From a bacterium (lineage in GTDB: Bacteria > Hydrothermota > 32-111), in NCBI GenBank assembly GCA_046484245.1, contig JAWOBN010000036.1, forward strand, positions 1 through 44,911: a DNA stretch of 44,911 bases, written 5' to 3'. The notes under the pieces are model-generated. The model was not told where the DNA came from and did no database searches. It saw nothing but the letters and a program-made list of their open reading frames with translations. The position numbers and the translations under genes were made by a program. How positions within the stretch are numbered: position 1 is the stretch's first letter; every line of letters begins with the position of its first letter. Shown piece by piece: positions 36,845-44,911 of the stretch.

Positions 36845-38644
36845 ATGTGCGGATTTTTTGCAATAGTATATAATAAAAGGAATCCCCAATTGGGGAATAT
36901 ACTGAAAAGGGCAGGGGGGAAACTCTCATACAGGGGGTATGATTCAACAGGCATTGCTGTTTTTGAAAAAGACGGCAAATACGGGATATATAAAGACAAG
37001 GGGCATGTGGATGATGTTGCCCTGCGCCTCGGATTCGGCAATTACGGGGGATACAAGGGCATTATCCAGCTGAGATGGGCAACCTACGGCAAACCCTCAA
37101 AGAGGAATTCTCAGCCCCACAGTGATTGTACAGGTGATTATGTTGCTGCCCATAACGGCAATATAATCAATGTCCACCATTTGTTCAGGGAATTGACTGA
37201 GGAGGGGCATTCAATCAGAAGCAAGAATGACGGAGAGGTTGTAGTCCACATAATGGAAGAGGGACTGAAGACAAAGAATCTTAATGATGCTGTCAGATAT
37301 ACTTATGAGAGGATAAAGGGCGATTATGCCTACTGTTTCACTGACAGGAATGACCGCCGCATCACTGCTGTGAAGAAGGGTTCATCACTCTTTGCGGGAA
37401 TAGGCGATGGTTTTATATGTGTGTCCAGTGATTATTATGCAATACTGGACCATACAGACAGGATTGTGTTTATAAATGACGGAGAGATGATCAATTTCTC
37501 CCATGACCATTTCACTGTCAGTGATATACTGACAGGCAGGAAAAAGAAAAGAAGAGCCAAAAGGAATAATGTTGATGCGGAAATTATGGAGAAAGAACCG
37601 TATGATTCATTCATGGAAAAGGAAATAAGCGAAGTGCCGCTGAAACTTGAGACATTGAGGGAGTACTATCTCTCCACAAGGAATCTCAGTAAACTCCGCA
37701 GAATACTCAGCAGCTCTCATCTCAATATCACAGGGTCCGGCACATCCTATAATGCAGCTTTTCTCGGTACTTATTTCATGAACAGGATTGCAGGCCTTGA
37801 TGTGGGTACTTATCTGCCATCTGAAATAAGCGACAGGCTGAGGTATATCAATAAACACAACAGTAATCTTATGGTTGTCACGCAGAGCGGGGAGACCAAG
37901 GACATAAAGAATGCAATAGATGTCTTCCGCTCTTATTCCGATGGGAAGATAATAGGAATGATAAATAACCTCGGTTCAACCATAGCAGTAATGAGTGATT
38001 TTGTGCTGCCGACAATATCCGACATGGAGATCAGTGTGCCTGCAACAAAGACATTCATCAATCAAATTGCTCTTTTTTATATCATATCGCTCTATATGTC
38101 CGGTATGAAGATGAAGGATATTGACAGCAAACTTGACATACTGATAAAGTATATTTCATCTGTAAAGCGTGAAGACAGCAGTATAAGGATGTTTGCTGAT
38201 AAATTAACCGGCAAACGCAATATGCATGTTCTCGGTTATTCACTGACTTATCCGGTGGCTCTTGAGAGTGCATTGAAGATGAAGGAGGTTAATTACAAGC
38301 ATATAGAGGCAATGCATTCATCCGAATTCAAACACGGGCCCCTTGCACTCATATCGCGCGATTATCCTGTTATTCTGATAACAACCAGAAGGGATAAGCA
38401 CTACACATTATCGCATATCAATGAGATACAGACAAGGAAGGGGCAGATATTCTGCATCTGCCAGCCGGATGAGGATTTGAGGAATAATGCTGATTTCACA
38501 CTGGAGATTGACATAGATGATGAGAACCTCTTTGCCATTGCCGCTGCATATGTAATGCAGACAGTAGCACTGCAGATTGCCTATAACAAGGGCATTGACC
38601 CCGATAAACCGAAGAATATTTCCAAAACAATAACTGTTGACTGA
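36845..38644 (+). CDS. Divergent glutamine--fructose-6-phosphate amidotransferase paralogue (GlmS-like)
   Basis: MCG start, YRGYDSTG, QLRWAT, HNGNI, TQSGETKD, ESALKMKE, EFKHGP, PKNISKTITVD. Confidence 0.85.
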   Translation: MCGFFAIVYNKRNPQLGNILKRAGGKLSYRGYDSTGIAVFEKDGKYGIYKDKGHVDDVALRLGFGNYGGYKGIIQLRWATYGKPSKRNSQPHSDCTGDYVAAHNGNIINVHHLFRELTEEGHSIRSKNDGEVVVHIMEEGLKTKNLNDAVRYTYERIKGDYAYCFTDRNDRRITAVKKGSSLFAGIGDGFICVSSDYYAILDHTDRIVFINDGEMINFSHDHFTVSDILTGRKKKRRAKRNNVDAEIMEKEPYDSFMEKEISEVPLKLETLREYYLSTRNLSKLRRILSSSHLNITGSGTSYNAAFLGTYFMNRIAGLDVGTYLPSEISDRLRYINKHNSNLMVVTQSGETKDIKNAIDVFRSYSDGKIIGMINNLGSTIAVMSDFVLPTISDMEISVPATKTFINQIALFYIISLYMSGMKMKDIDSKLDILIKYISSVKREDSSIRMFADKLTGKRNMHVLGYSLTYPVALESALKMKEVNYKHIEAMHSSEFKHGPLALISRDYPVILITTRRDKHYTLSHINEIQTRKGQIFCICQPDEDLRNNADFTLEIDIDDENLFAIAAAYVMQTVALQIAYNKGIDPDKPKNISKTITVD

Positions 38645-38646
38645 AT

Positions 38647-39492
38647 ATGAGATTCACATATAGTGCAATATTCATCTTAGCCCTCCTGCTCTTTGTGCCT
38701 GCTGCAGGTGCGGATTATTTCAACCCTGCTCTTGTAGAGAAAAATATATCAGATGATTTCATAGACCTCTCTATTGACAACAGTTATCTGTCATTATGCA
38801 CATCTCTTCTCTACAGTAAATCAATGGATAATTATTCAGTGAGTGCAGGTCTGGGGCTTGAGAATTACGGCAGTATTGATATAACAGCTCTGCCAGACAG
38901 CAGTATGCCTGTTTCAGAGACCAATATACCCTACAGCATGCAGACAGTATCCCTTAACCGTGTATTTATGCCTGTCTCCATTCTCTTCAGGCAGAATGAT
39001 TCATTTATCTGGGGTATTGAGAATATCTTTTCCTACACGGATCTGTACAGTGCGCATTTTTTCACCAATACAGTCAATGCAATTGTGATTATAAAGGGGG
39101 ATTCTTACTCCGGTGCAGTGAAGGTGAGGGATGTTTTCACTGAAGCGGGACTGATGGGGAATAATTTGGGGTTATACGGATTCCCCGCACTGCAGATGGA
39201 ATACACAAGAAGCATTATTTCAGATGAGCTGTGGAATGCAGATATCGGAATCAGTATTGAAGCAGGAAGAAATGATATGATACAGCCGCAGTACACTGCA
39301 GGCAAATACGGGTTTTCCCGCTCCCTTGTTATCAGCGGGGAATTCAGGTCAATGGGTTTCAGAGTCAGTATCCTGGGCCCTGCTGTCATTATGGAGGGTG
39401 ATTTGAGATACAATGACATCAGATTCACTGCTGGCTATTCCGGGAGTAATGAACTGAATCATTATTATGCCGGAGTCAGGTTCTACCTATGA
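38647..39492 (+). CDS. Hypothetical exported protein, possible outer-membrane beta-barrel
   Basis: Signal peptide, amphipathic beta pattern, aromatic C-terminal strand (YYAGVRFYL). Confidence 0.6.
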   Translation: MRFTYSAIFILALLLFVPAAGADYFNPALVEKNISDDFIDLSIDNSYLSLCTSLLYSKSMDNYSVSAGLGLENYGSIDITALPDSSMPVSETNIPYSMQTVSLNRVFMPVSILFRQNDSFIWGIENIFSYTDLYSAHFFTNTVNAIVIIKGDSYSGAVKVRDVFTEAGLMGNNLGLYGFPALQMEYTRSIISDELWNADIGISIEAGRNDMIQPQYTAGKYGFSRSLVISGEFRSMGFRVSILGPAVIMEGDLRYNDIRFTAGYSGSNELNHYYAGVRFYL

Positions 39493-41111
39493 TTTTCAAT
39501 GTCAATCTGAAGAGTGATTATTCCGGGAGGAAGAGGGCTCTGCTTTTGTCTCTGATTATACCCGGCTCAGGACAAATATACAGGAGACGGATTTCCGGCT
39601 TATTTTTCATACTCTTTGAGATACTGCTCATTCTTTTCCTTGTCTTTATAGGCAAAAGCGATATATACGGCAATGGCCTCATTATTGCCGGATTTCTGAT
39701 ATTCCACATCATCAGTGCTGCTGATGCATTCGCAGGCCCGCACCGTCTGCATGCACCATGCAGACAGGCATGCCCGGCCCGCATCAATGTGCCGGCATAT
39801 ACAGGTCTTATTGCAGACAGGAGATTTGAGGAGGCAAAGGCTGTAATTAAGAGGAGAATGCCGTTTGCATCCGTATGCGGAACAATATGCAATGCCCCGT
39901 GCGAGGTGAAGTGCATAAGAAGCGGATATGACAGCAGTGTCATGATAATGAATCTGAAGAAGACCACTGCGGAATATGAAGAATCAATAACACTTCCCCC
40001 CCTGTCTGAGCCGCGCAGAAGGGCTGCAATAGTGGGGGCAGGTCCGGGCGGATTATCGCTTGCGCATTTCCTCTCCCGGCTCAATATACATTCAACTGTT
40101 TTTGAGAAAGAGAGTGAACCCGGAGGCCTCCTCAGATACGGCATACCGTCATTCAGGATTGACATACTGGATATACTGATGGATATTGAGAACATACTGG
40201 AATCTGAACTTATTGAACTGCATACTGACACTGAGGTGGGGAAGGATATAAGCATGGATGAGATTGAGAAAGACTTTGATTATACTGTACTCGCTTCGGG
40301 CAATAATCAGTATGTCTGTCCTGACCGCAATATAATGCCTCAAGGCAATATATATCCCGGATTATTGTTCCTCAGAATGATAGCAGAGGATAATATCCCT
40401 GAGATTGGCCGCAATGCGGGAATCATAGGGGGAGGCAATGTTGCTATGGATGTTGCCAGATCACTGGTGCGCCTCGGCGCACGGACAACGGTTTTTTACA
40501 GAAACAGTGCTGAATGCATGAAGGCATCAGAGGAGGAGATAGAGGAGGCAATTGAAGAGGGTGTGAGTATAAAGGCAATGCACAGTGTGGAGTCAGTTGA
40601 TAACAGCAGCGGCGCGCTTGTTGTATCCTTCAGGGACAAGACCCAAGACCGGACAGTTGATTATGAGCTTTCATCACTCTTCTATGCAACAGGACAGGAA
40701 ATGACACTTGATTACTGCAAGAGGGACATAAGCCCCAAAGGCGGGTTCAAGACCAATATGCCCAATGTATTTATTCTCAGAGACAGTGGCACTATTGTTG
40801 AAACAGTCCGTAATGCTCAGATTATTGCATCACATATAAACAGGAAGGTGAGGCCTTTCTCATCATTGCTTTTCAACTGGTTTGAGAAAATAGATTACAG
40901 TCCTGATCTGAGAAAGATACCGGGCGGGGCATTCAATTACAGCAGGCCCAAGCAAGTCCCCCGCATAGATCTGATAAATATGGATATTGAAGACAGGAAG
41001 AATTCATTCTTCAAGACAAAGAGGGACCTGACATCTGAGGAATCCGTCAGCCAGGCGAAACGCTGCCTGAGATGTCACCTGAAGACGCGGCTTCCCTTTG
41101 ACTCCGATTAA
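39489..41111 (+). CDS. GltD/NfnB-like Fe-S flavoprotein with N-terminal membrane anchor
   Basis: About 80-aa hydrophobic N-terminus (SLIIPGSGQIY), PCRQACP, VCGTICNAPCE..C, VGAGPGG, GGLLRYGIP.FR, IGGGNVAMDVAR, C-terminal AKRCLRC. Confidence 0.85.
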   Translation: MIFNVNLKSDYSGRKRALLLSLIIPGSGQIYRRRISGLFFILFEILLILFLVFIGKSDIYGNGLIIAGFLIFHIISAADAFAGPHRLHAPCRQACPARINVPAYTGLIADRRFEEAKAVIKRRMPFASVCGTICNAPCEVKCIRSGYDSSVMIMNLKKTTAEYEESITLPPLSEPRRRAAIVGAGPGGLSLAHFLSRLNIHSTVFEKESEPGGLLRYGIPSFRIDILDILMDIENILESELIELHTDTEVGKDISMDEIEKDFDYTVLASGNNQYVCPDRNIMPQGNIYPGLLFLRMIAEDNIPEIGRNAGIIGGGNVAMDVARSLVRLGARTTVFYRNSAECMKASEEEIEEAIEEGVSIKAMHSVESVDNSSGALVVSFRDKTQDRTVDYELSSLFYATGQEMTLDYCKRDISPKGGFKTNMPNVFILRDSGTIVETVRNAQIIASHINRKVRPFSSLLFNWFEKIDYSPDLRKIPGGAFNYSRPKQVPRIDLINMDIEDRKNSFFKTKRDLTSEESVSQAKRCLRCHLKTRLPFDSD

Positions 41112-41916
41112 ATAAAGGGATATTTGAAGAAACAGAACCGTGCGGGCACACATCAATACATCTCATACACCTTATGCAGTCAAGATGGGCTGTATCCCTG
41201 TAAATGGCAATATCCATCGGACAGTGATTGAGGCAGTTATTGCACTCAGTGCAGGCATTGGGTTTTGAAGGATCCTTATGCACATTGATTTTGAGCAGTG
41301 ATATCCTGTTGAATAATCCGTATATTGCGCCTATCGGGCAGAGTGTTACGCAGAAAAATCTCTTCATTGTAATGGACCCTGCTATAAATATAATGAAAAA
41401 CATGTATTTTAGTGTGAAGAAGAACCCGATTGAACTGATAAGCATGGGCTGCATGAGGATTTGCCATATGCTTGCCTCGCCTGTACCTGCAGGGCATATG
41501 AATTTGCAGAAGAATGGTTCATGCCAGAATATGGGTATCAGTATTGTGAGACCGAGAACCACGTATTTGAAGTATCTCATGAAGCCGGGTATTGTTATCT
41601 TGATTGACTTTATCTTGTAGAGCAGTTCCTGAAACATGCCGAAGGGGCAGAGCCAGCCGCAGACAAACCTGCCTGAAATAAGACCGATAATGCCGAAAAA
41701 ACCGATTATGAAAAACGGTATGACACCCATCTTCAATGTCTGCTGGAATGAACCTATAGGGCATGAACCCCATGCAAGGGGACAGGAGTAACAGTTCAAT
41801 ATCGGGACACAGACCTTTTTGAGGCTGCCCTGATACATGAAATCCCTTTCAGCAGGATTTATTCCGGGATAACTGTTGAACAGTATGGTGAAAAATACCT
41901 GTGATATCCGTCTCAT
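41047..41916 (-). CDS. Membrane-bound 4Fe-4S protein (NapH/MauN-like)
   Basis: CVP.LNCYSCP, CPIG, GRFVCGWLCPFG, FCKFICPAG, RFFC..LCP.GA, two C-terminal CxxCxxCxxxCP motifs. Confidence 0.88.
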   Translation of the reverse strand: MRRISQVFFTILFNSYPGINPAERDFMYQGSLKKVCVPILNCYSCPLAWGSCPIGSFQQTLKMGVIPFFIIGFFGIIGLISGRFVCGWLCPFGMFQELLYKIKSIKITIPGFMRYFKYVVLGLTILIPIFWHEPFFCKFICPAGTGEASIWQILMQPMLISSIGFFFTLKYMFFIIFIAGSITMKRFFCVTLCPIGAIYGLFNRISLLKINVHKDPSKPNACTECNNCLNHCPMDIAIYRDTAHLDCIRCMRCIDVCPHGSVSSNIPLFNRSQREAASSGDISGSVSPG

Positions 41917-42059
41917 TAAGATATACCTATGCAGTCAAGACAGAGGAATTTGCCGAATTGTTCAATAAGCAGGAAATCATTGTTCACTATCCCTATTACT
42001 GTGAGTGCTATGAATATGATGGAGAGAATGGTGAATATTACCACCTTTTTCTTATTCAT
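41916..42059 (-). CDS. Small membrane protein with C-terminal CxxC motif (CD1871A-like; 47 aa, not in ORF track)
   Basis: Hand translation MNKKKVVIFTILSIIFIALTVIGIVNNDFLLIEQFGKFLCLDCIGIS*; GGAG RBS; stop overlaps the next ATG (TAATG). Confidence 0.85.
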   Translation of the reverse strand: MNKKKVVIFTILSIIFIALTVIGIVNNDFLLIEQFGKFLCLDCIGIS

Positions 42060-42705
42060 TATGAAACTCCGTTTCTGTTTCTTCCAATACAGACCTGCCT
42101 GTTAATTCATTATTCATATAAATATCCATACTGCCCGGAATTTGAAGATAATCCGTGACAGTATGATAATCACTCATAATAACCGAAAGGACTGCCCCTT
42201 CAGTACTCATGACGATCTTCACGGGACAGTACGAGTCCCTGTCAAGGAACAGTGAATCAACAGCATTATTTTTGTTGACTATTGTTATAATGCTGTCATC
42301 TGTTATTATCTCTGCAGCACTGTCTATAAGTGACTCAATATCATGCCCCCTGTAAATATTGTCTGGTGAAAACATCAGGCCTGACTGCTTCCTGCCGGAA
42401 ATATATGATGCAGCCGGATTATCCTGCCTGATGACACTCCGGGTAATCAATGAATCATTAATGTCGGGAAAATAATAGACAGTGGTGATGCTGAGTGAAT
42501 CCATATAGTCATCAGTTGTGAACCTTGCTGAATACGGATTCTCATCATCAATGAAGTCAGCAGAATACACTGTGTGCAGAACACTGACATGCCTATGGGT
42601 CATCTGCCCGCAGTAATCATATCTGTCCTTTATACTGTCTAAAATATCCGCATTCACTAATACTGACATAATGAAAAGACATAGAATACCAATAAACTTC
42701 TTCAT
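42052..42705 (-). CDS. Hypothetical exported protein (possibly LolA-like fold)
   Basis: Signal peptide (..VNA-D), beta-rich; ATGA coupling to glmS; fold guess is weak. Confidence 0.6.
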   Translation of the reverse strand: MKKFIGILCLFIMSVLVNADILDSIKDRYDYCGQMTHRHVSVLHTVYSADFIDDENPYSARFTTDDYMDSLSITTVYYFPDINDSLITRSVIRQDNPAASYISGRKQSGLMFSPDNIYRGHDIESLIDSAAEIITDDSIITIVNKNNAVDSLFLDRDSYCPVKIVMSTEGAVLSVIMSDYHTVTDYLQIPGSMDIYMNNELTGRSVLEETETEFHNE

Positions 42706-44534
42706 TCAACAGTAACGGATTTTGCCAGGTTTCTCGGTTTGTCAACATCAAGGCCTCTCATCACAGCAATCTCATAGGCGAATATCTGAAGGGGTATTAT
42801 TGACAGAATGGGTGTCAAGACCTCTTCTGTAGCAGGTATGAAGATAATGTCCTCAAGGATTTTCTTTATCTCTCTGTCATTTTCCGTGGCAATGGCAATA
42901 ACATGCCCCTTCCTTGCCTTTATCTCCCTGATATTATTTATTACTTTATCATATATACTGTCTTTCAGTGCAATGACAAATGCCGGCATCCTTTCATCAA
43001 TCAGAGCTATAGGACCGTGTTTCATTTCTGCTGCAGGATATCCTTCAGCATGAATATACGATATCTCCTTGAGTTTCAATGCGCCTTCAAGTGCAACTGG
43101 GAAATTGAAGCCCCTTCCCAGATAGAGGAAATTGGTATGTTTATAGAGTCCCTTGGAGAGTTTTCTTATGAATTTTCTGGATTTGAGTATGCTTTCAATC
43201 TTGCCCGGCAGTTCCTCAATATGATTGATAAGGTCAAGCCCTTTCTCAAATGAAAGGGACTGTTTCCTGCCCAGCAGCAGGGCAATGAGTATGAGAACCA
43301 TTACCTGGGATGTAAATGCCTTTGTTGATGCAACACCTATTTCAGGGCCTGCATGCATATATACACCTGCATCAGTTATTCTGGCAATTGTTGAGCCCAC
43401 AACATTGCATATGCCCAGAACAGTTGCCCCTTTGCGTTTTGCCTCATTCACTGCAGCAATAGTGTCTGCTGTCTCTCCCGACTGGGTAATGGCAAAAACC
43501 ACAGTATCCTTGTTGACAATGGGGTTTCTGTACCGGAACTCGGATGCATAATCCACTTCAACCGGTATATTGGTGAATGTCTCAAAGAGATATTTGCCTA
43601 TCTGTGCAGCATGCCACGATGTACCGCAGGCAGTGAGTATAATGCGTTTGGCACTCATTATCTTGTCCGTATATTCACTGATGCCATTGAGCCGGGCAGT
43701 TGCATTTTCCCTGTCCAGTCTGCCCCTCATTGTGTTTTTGATTGTCTTGGGCTGTTCGTATATCTCCTTTAGCATAAAATGGGGATATCCCCCTTTCTCA
43801 ATTTCTGATATGGTCATGTCTATCTCAGTGAATTTCGGGTCGGTTATGGAATTTGACAGTATATTGGCAATACTTATGTCATCACTGGTTATGCGGGCTA
43901 TTTCACCGTCTTCAAGATAGAGAACCTGATTGGTATGCGCCACAATAGCGCTTGCATCAGATGCAACGATCATTTGACTGTCGGATTTGCCGATTACAAT
44001 CGGGCTGCCCATTCTTGCTGTTATTATCTCTTCGGGATTCAAGCTTGAGACAACAAGAATGCCGTAGGTTCCCTTTACCTTTTTCAATGCCTTTTCCACA
44101 GCAATGAACAGGTCATCCTCCATGAATTCCTCTATGAGATGCACCAGTATCTCTGTGTCTGTCTCTGATTTGAATTTATGCCCCTGTTTCTCCAGATAAT
44201 TCTGCAATGACTGGTAATTCTCTATAATGCCGTTATGGACAAGAGCAATTTCATCCTTACAGTCCGTATGGGGATGCGCATTGATATCATTGGGTTCACC
44301 GTGTGTTGCCCATCTTGTATGGCCTATGCCTGTATGCCCTTTATAGGAATCAGGAGGCATGCTTTTTTCAAGGTCTATTATCTTGCCGGATTTCTTGATT
44401 ACATTGAGGGAATTGTCCTCGCATATCACTGCAATGCCTGCTGAATCATAGCCCCTGTATTCCATTCTCTTAAGTCCTTCCAAAATAATATTGGAAGCAT
44501 TCTTATCACCTATATATCCGATTATTCCGCACAT
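42702..44534 (-). CDS. glmS: Glutamine--fructose-6-phosphate aminotransferase (isomerizing)
   Basis: MCGIIG, YRGYDSAG, GHTRWATHG, HNGIIEN, QSGETADT, EGALKLKEISYIHAEG, KHGP, PRNLAKSVTVE. Confidence 0.98.
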   Translation of the reverse strand: MCGIIGYIGDKNASNIILEGLKRMEYRGYDSAGIAVICEDNSLNVIKKSGKIIDLEKSMPPDSYKGHTGIGHTRWATHGEPNDINAHPHTDCKDEIALVHNGIIENYQSLQNYLEKQGHKFKSETDTEILVHLIEEFMEDDLFIAVEKALKKVKGTYGILVVSSLNPEEIITARMGSPIVIGKSDSQMIVASDASAIVAHTNQVLYLEDGEIARITSDDISIANILSNSITDPKFTEIDMTISEIEKGGYPHFMLKEIYEQPKTIKNTMRGRLDRENATARLNGISEYTDKIMSAKRIILTACGTSWHAAQIGKYLFETFTNIPVEVDYASEFRYRNPIVNKDTVVFAITQSGETADTIAAVNEAKRKGATVLGICNVVGSTIARITDAGVYMHAGPEIGVASTKAFTSQVMVLILIALLLGRKQSLSFEKGLDLINHIEELPGKIESILKSRKFIRKLSKGLYKHTNFLYLGRGFNFPVALEGALKLKEISYIHAEGYPAAEMKHGPIALIDERMPAFVIALKDSIYDKVINNIREIKARKGHVIAIATENDREIKKILEDIIFIPATEEVLTPILSIIPLQIFAYEIAVMRGLDVDKPRNLAKSVTVE

Positions 44535-44911
44535 TCAACAACACCTCTTATTCTACTGAATTGTTTATTCCATTCTTCTTCATTCTCAAATTCACCAATA
44601 ATACGCATAACAGGTTCAGTGCCTGATTTGCGGATATGTATGAATCCCTCATTGAATTGATATCTTGCCCCGTCCGCGTCATTGAAATCAGCATCAGTGT
44701 AGATCTCTCTTATACTCTCAAAGATACTGTCATCAGACAGCGGATATTTTTTCTTCTGCATATACAGTGCAGGTAAGTTGTCAATCATCTCATCAAGTGT
44801 TGAGGGTGATTCCGCGAGCATCTGTATAAGTACAGCTGAAGCAACAAGACCGTCCCTTGTTTTATTTACCTCAGGCAGTATCACGCCGCCATTGCCTTCT
44901 CCGCCTATTAC
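44522..44911 (-). CDS. glmM: Phosphohexomutase (phosphoglucosamine mutase/PMM family), 3' part only
   Basis: Frame open to the window edge: VIGGEGNGGVILP...RDG, DGAR, IRKSGTEPVMRI; directly upstream of glmS. Confidence 0.75.
   Translation of the reverse strand, partial: VIGGEGNGGVILPEVNKTRDGLVASAVLIQMLAESPSTLDEMIDNLPALYMQKKKYPLSDDSIFESIREIYTDADFNDADGARYQFNEGFIHIRKSGTEPVMRIIGEFENEEEWNKQFSRIRGVVECAE

Noticed and set aside
39518..40255. Long antisense ORFs (245 aa here; also 18842-19390, 36393-36947, 41901-42158 and others)
   Set aside because: Shadow frames of well-supported genes, with no motifs or RBS
1..44911. CRISPR arrays, rRNA, prophage or defence genes, stop-codon reassignment or selenoprotein read-through
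   Set aside because: No spaced repeat arrays or hallmark genes seen; TGA, TAA and TAG all terminate conserved genes at expected positions

Overview
Gene-dense, mostly housekeeping window from a bacterium that is probably a diderm anaerobe (inferred from OmpA/beta-barrel proteins, Fe-S flavoproteins and a Na+-type pyrophosphatase; the lineage cannot be fixed from sequence alone). Core genes: long-form greA, ftsK, an M3 oligopeptidase, recF, glyQS, rsmI, tmk, ctpA, alaS, ispE-spoVG-tRNA-Gln-prs-rplY-pth, hppA, rpsF-ssb-rpsR-rplI, a carboxyltransferase with a biotin carrier, two glmS paralogues and a partial phosphohexomutase. Main observations: (1) an apparently continuous operon (12515-24126) carries archaeal-type lipid genes (a ferredoxin missed by the ORF track, a geranylgeranyl reductase and a GGGP synthase next to ispE) and also inositol-1-P synthase with a PIP/AIP-synthase-like enzyme; (2) a 907-bp element between recF and glyQ in which a HUH/Y1 (RAYT-like) transposase with a C-terminal HTH is bounded by a perfect 38-bp inverted repeat with no visible target duplication; (3) pth is split by a frameshift at a T9 run; (4) the best sigma70-like promoters have 16-bp spacers and two look leaderless; (5) a divergent second GlmS and a membrane-anchored GltD-like flavoprotein. 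All functional calls come from motif recognition by eye; no database searches were run.
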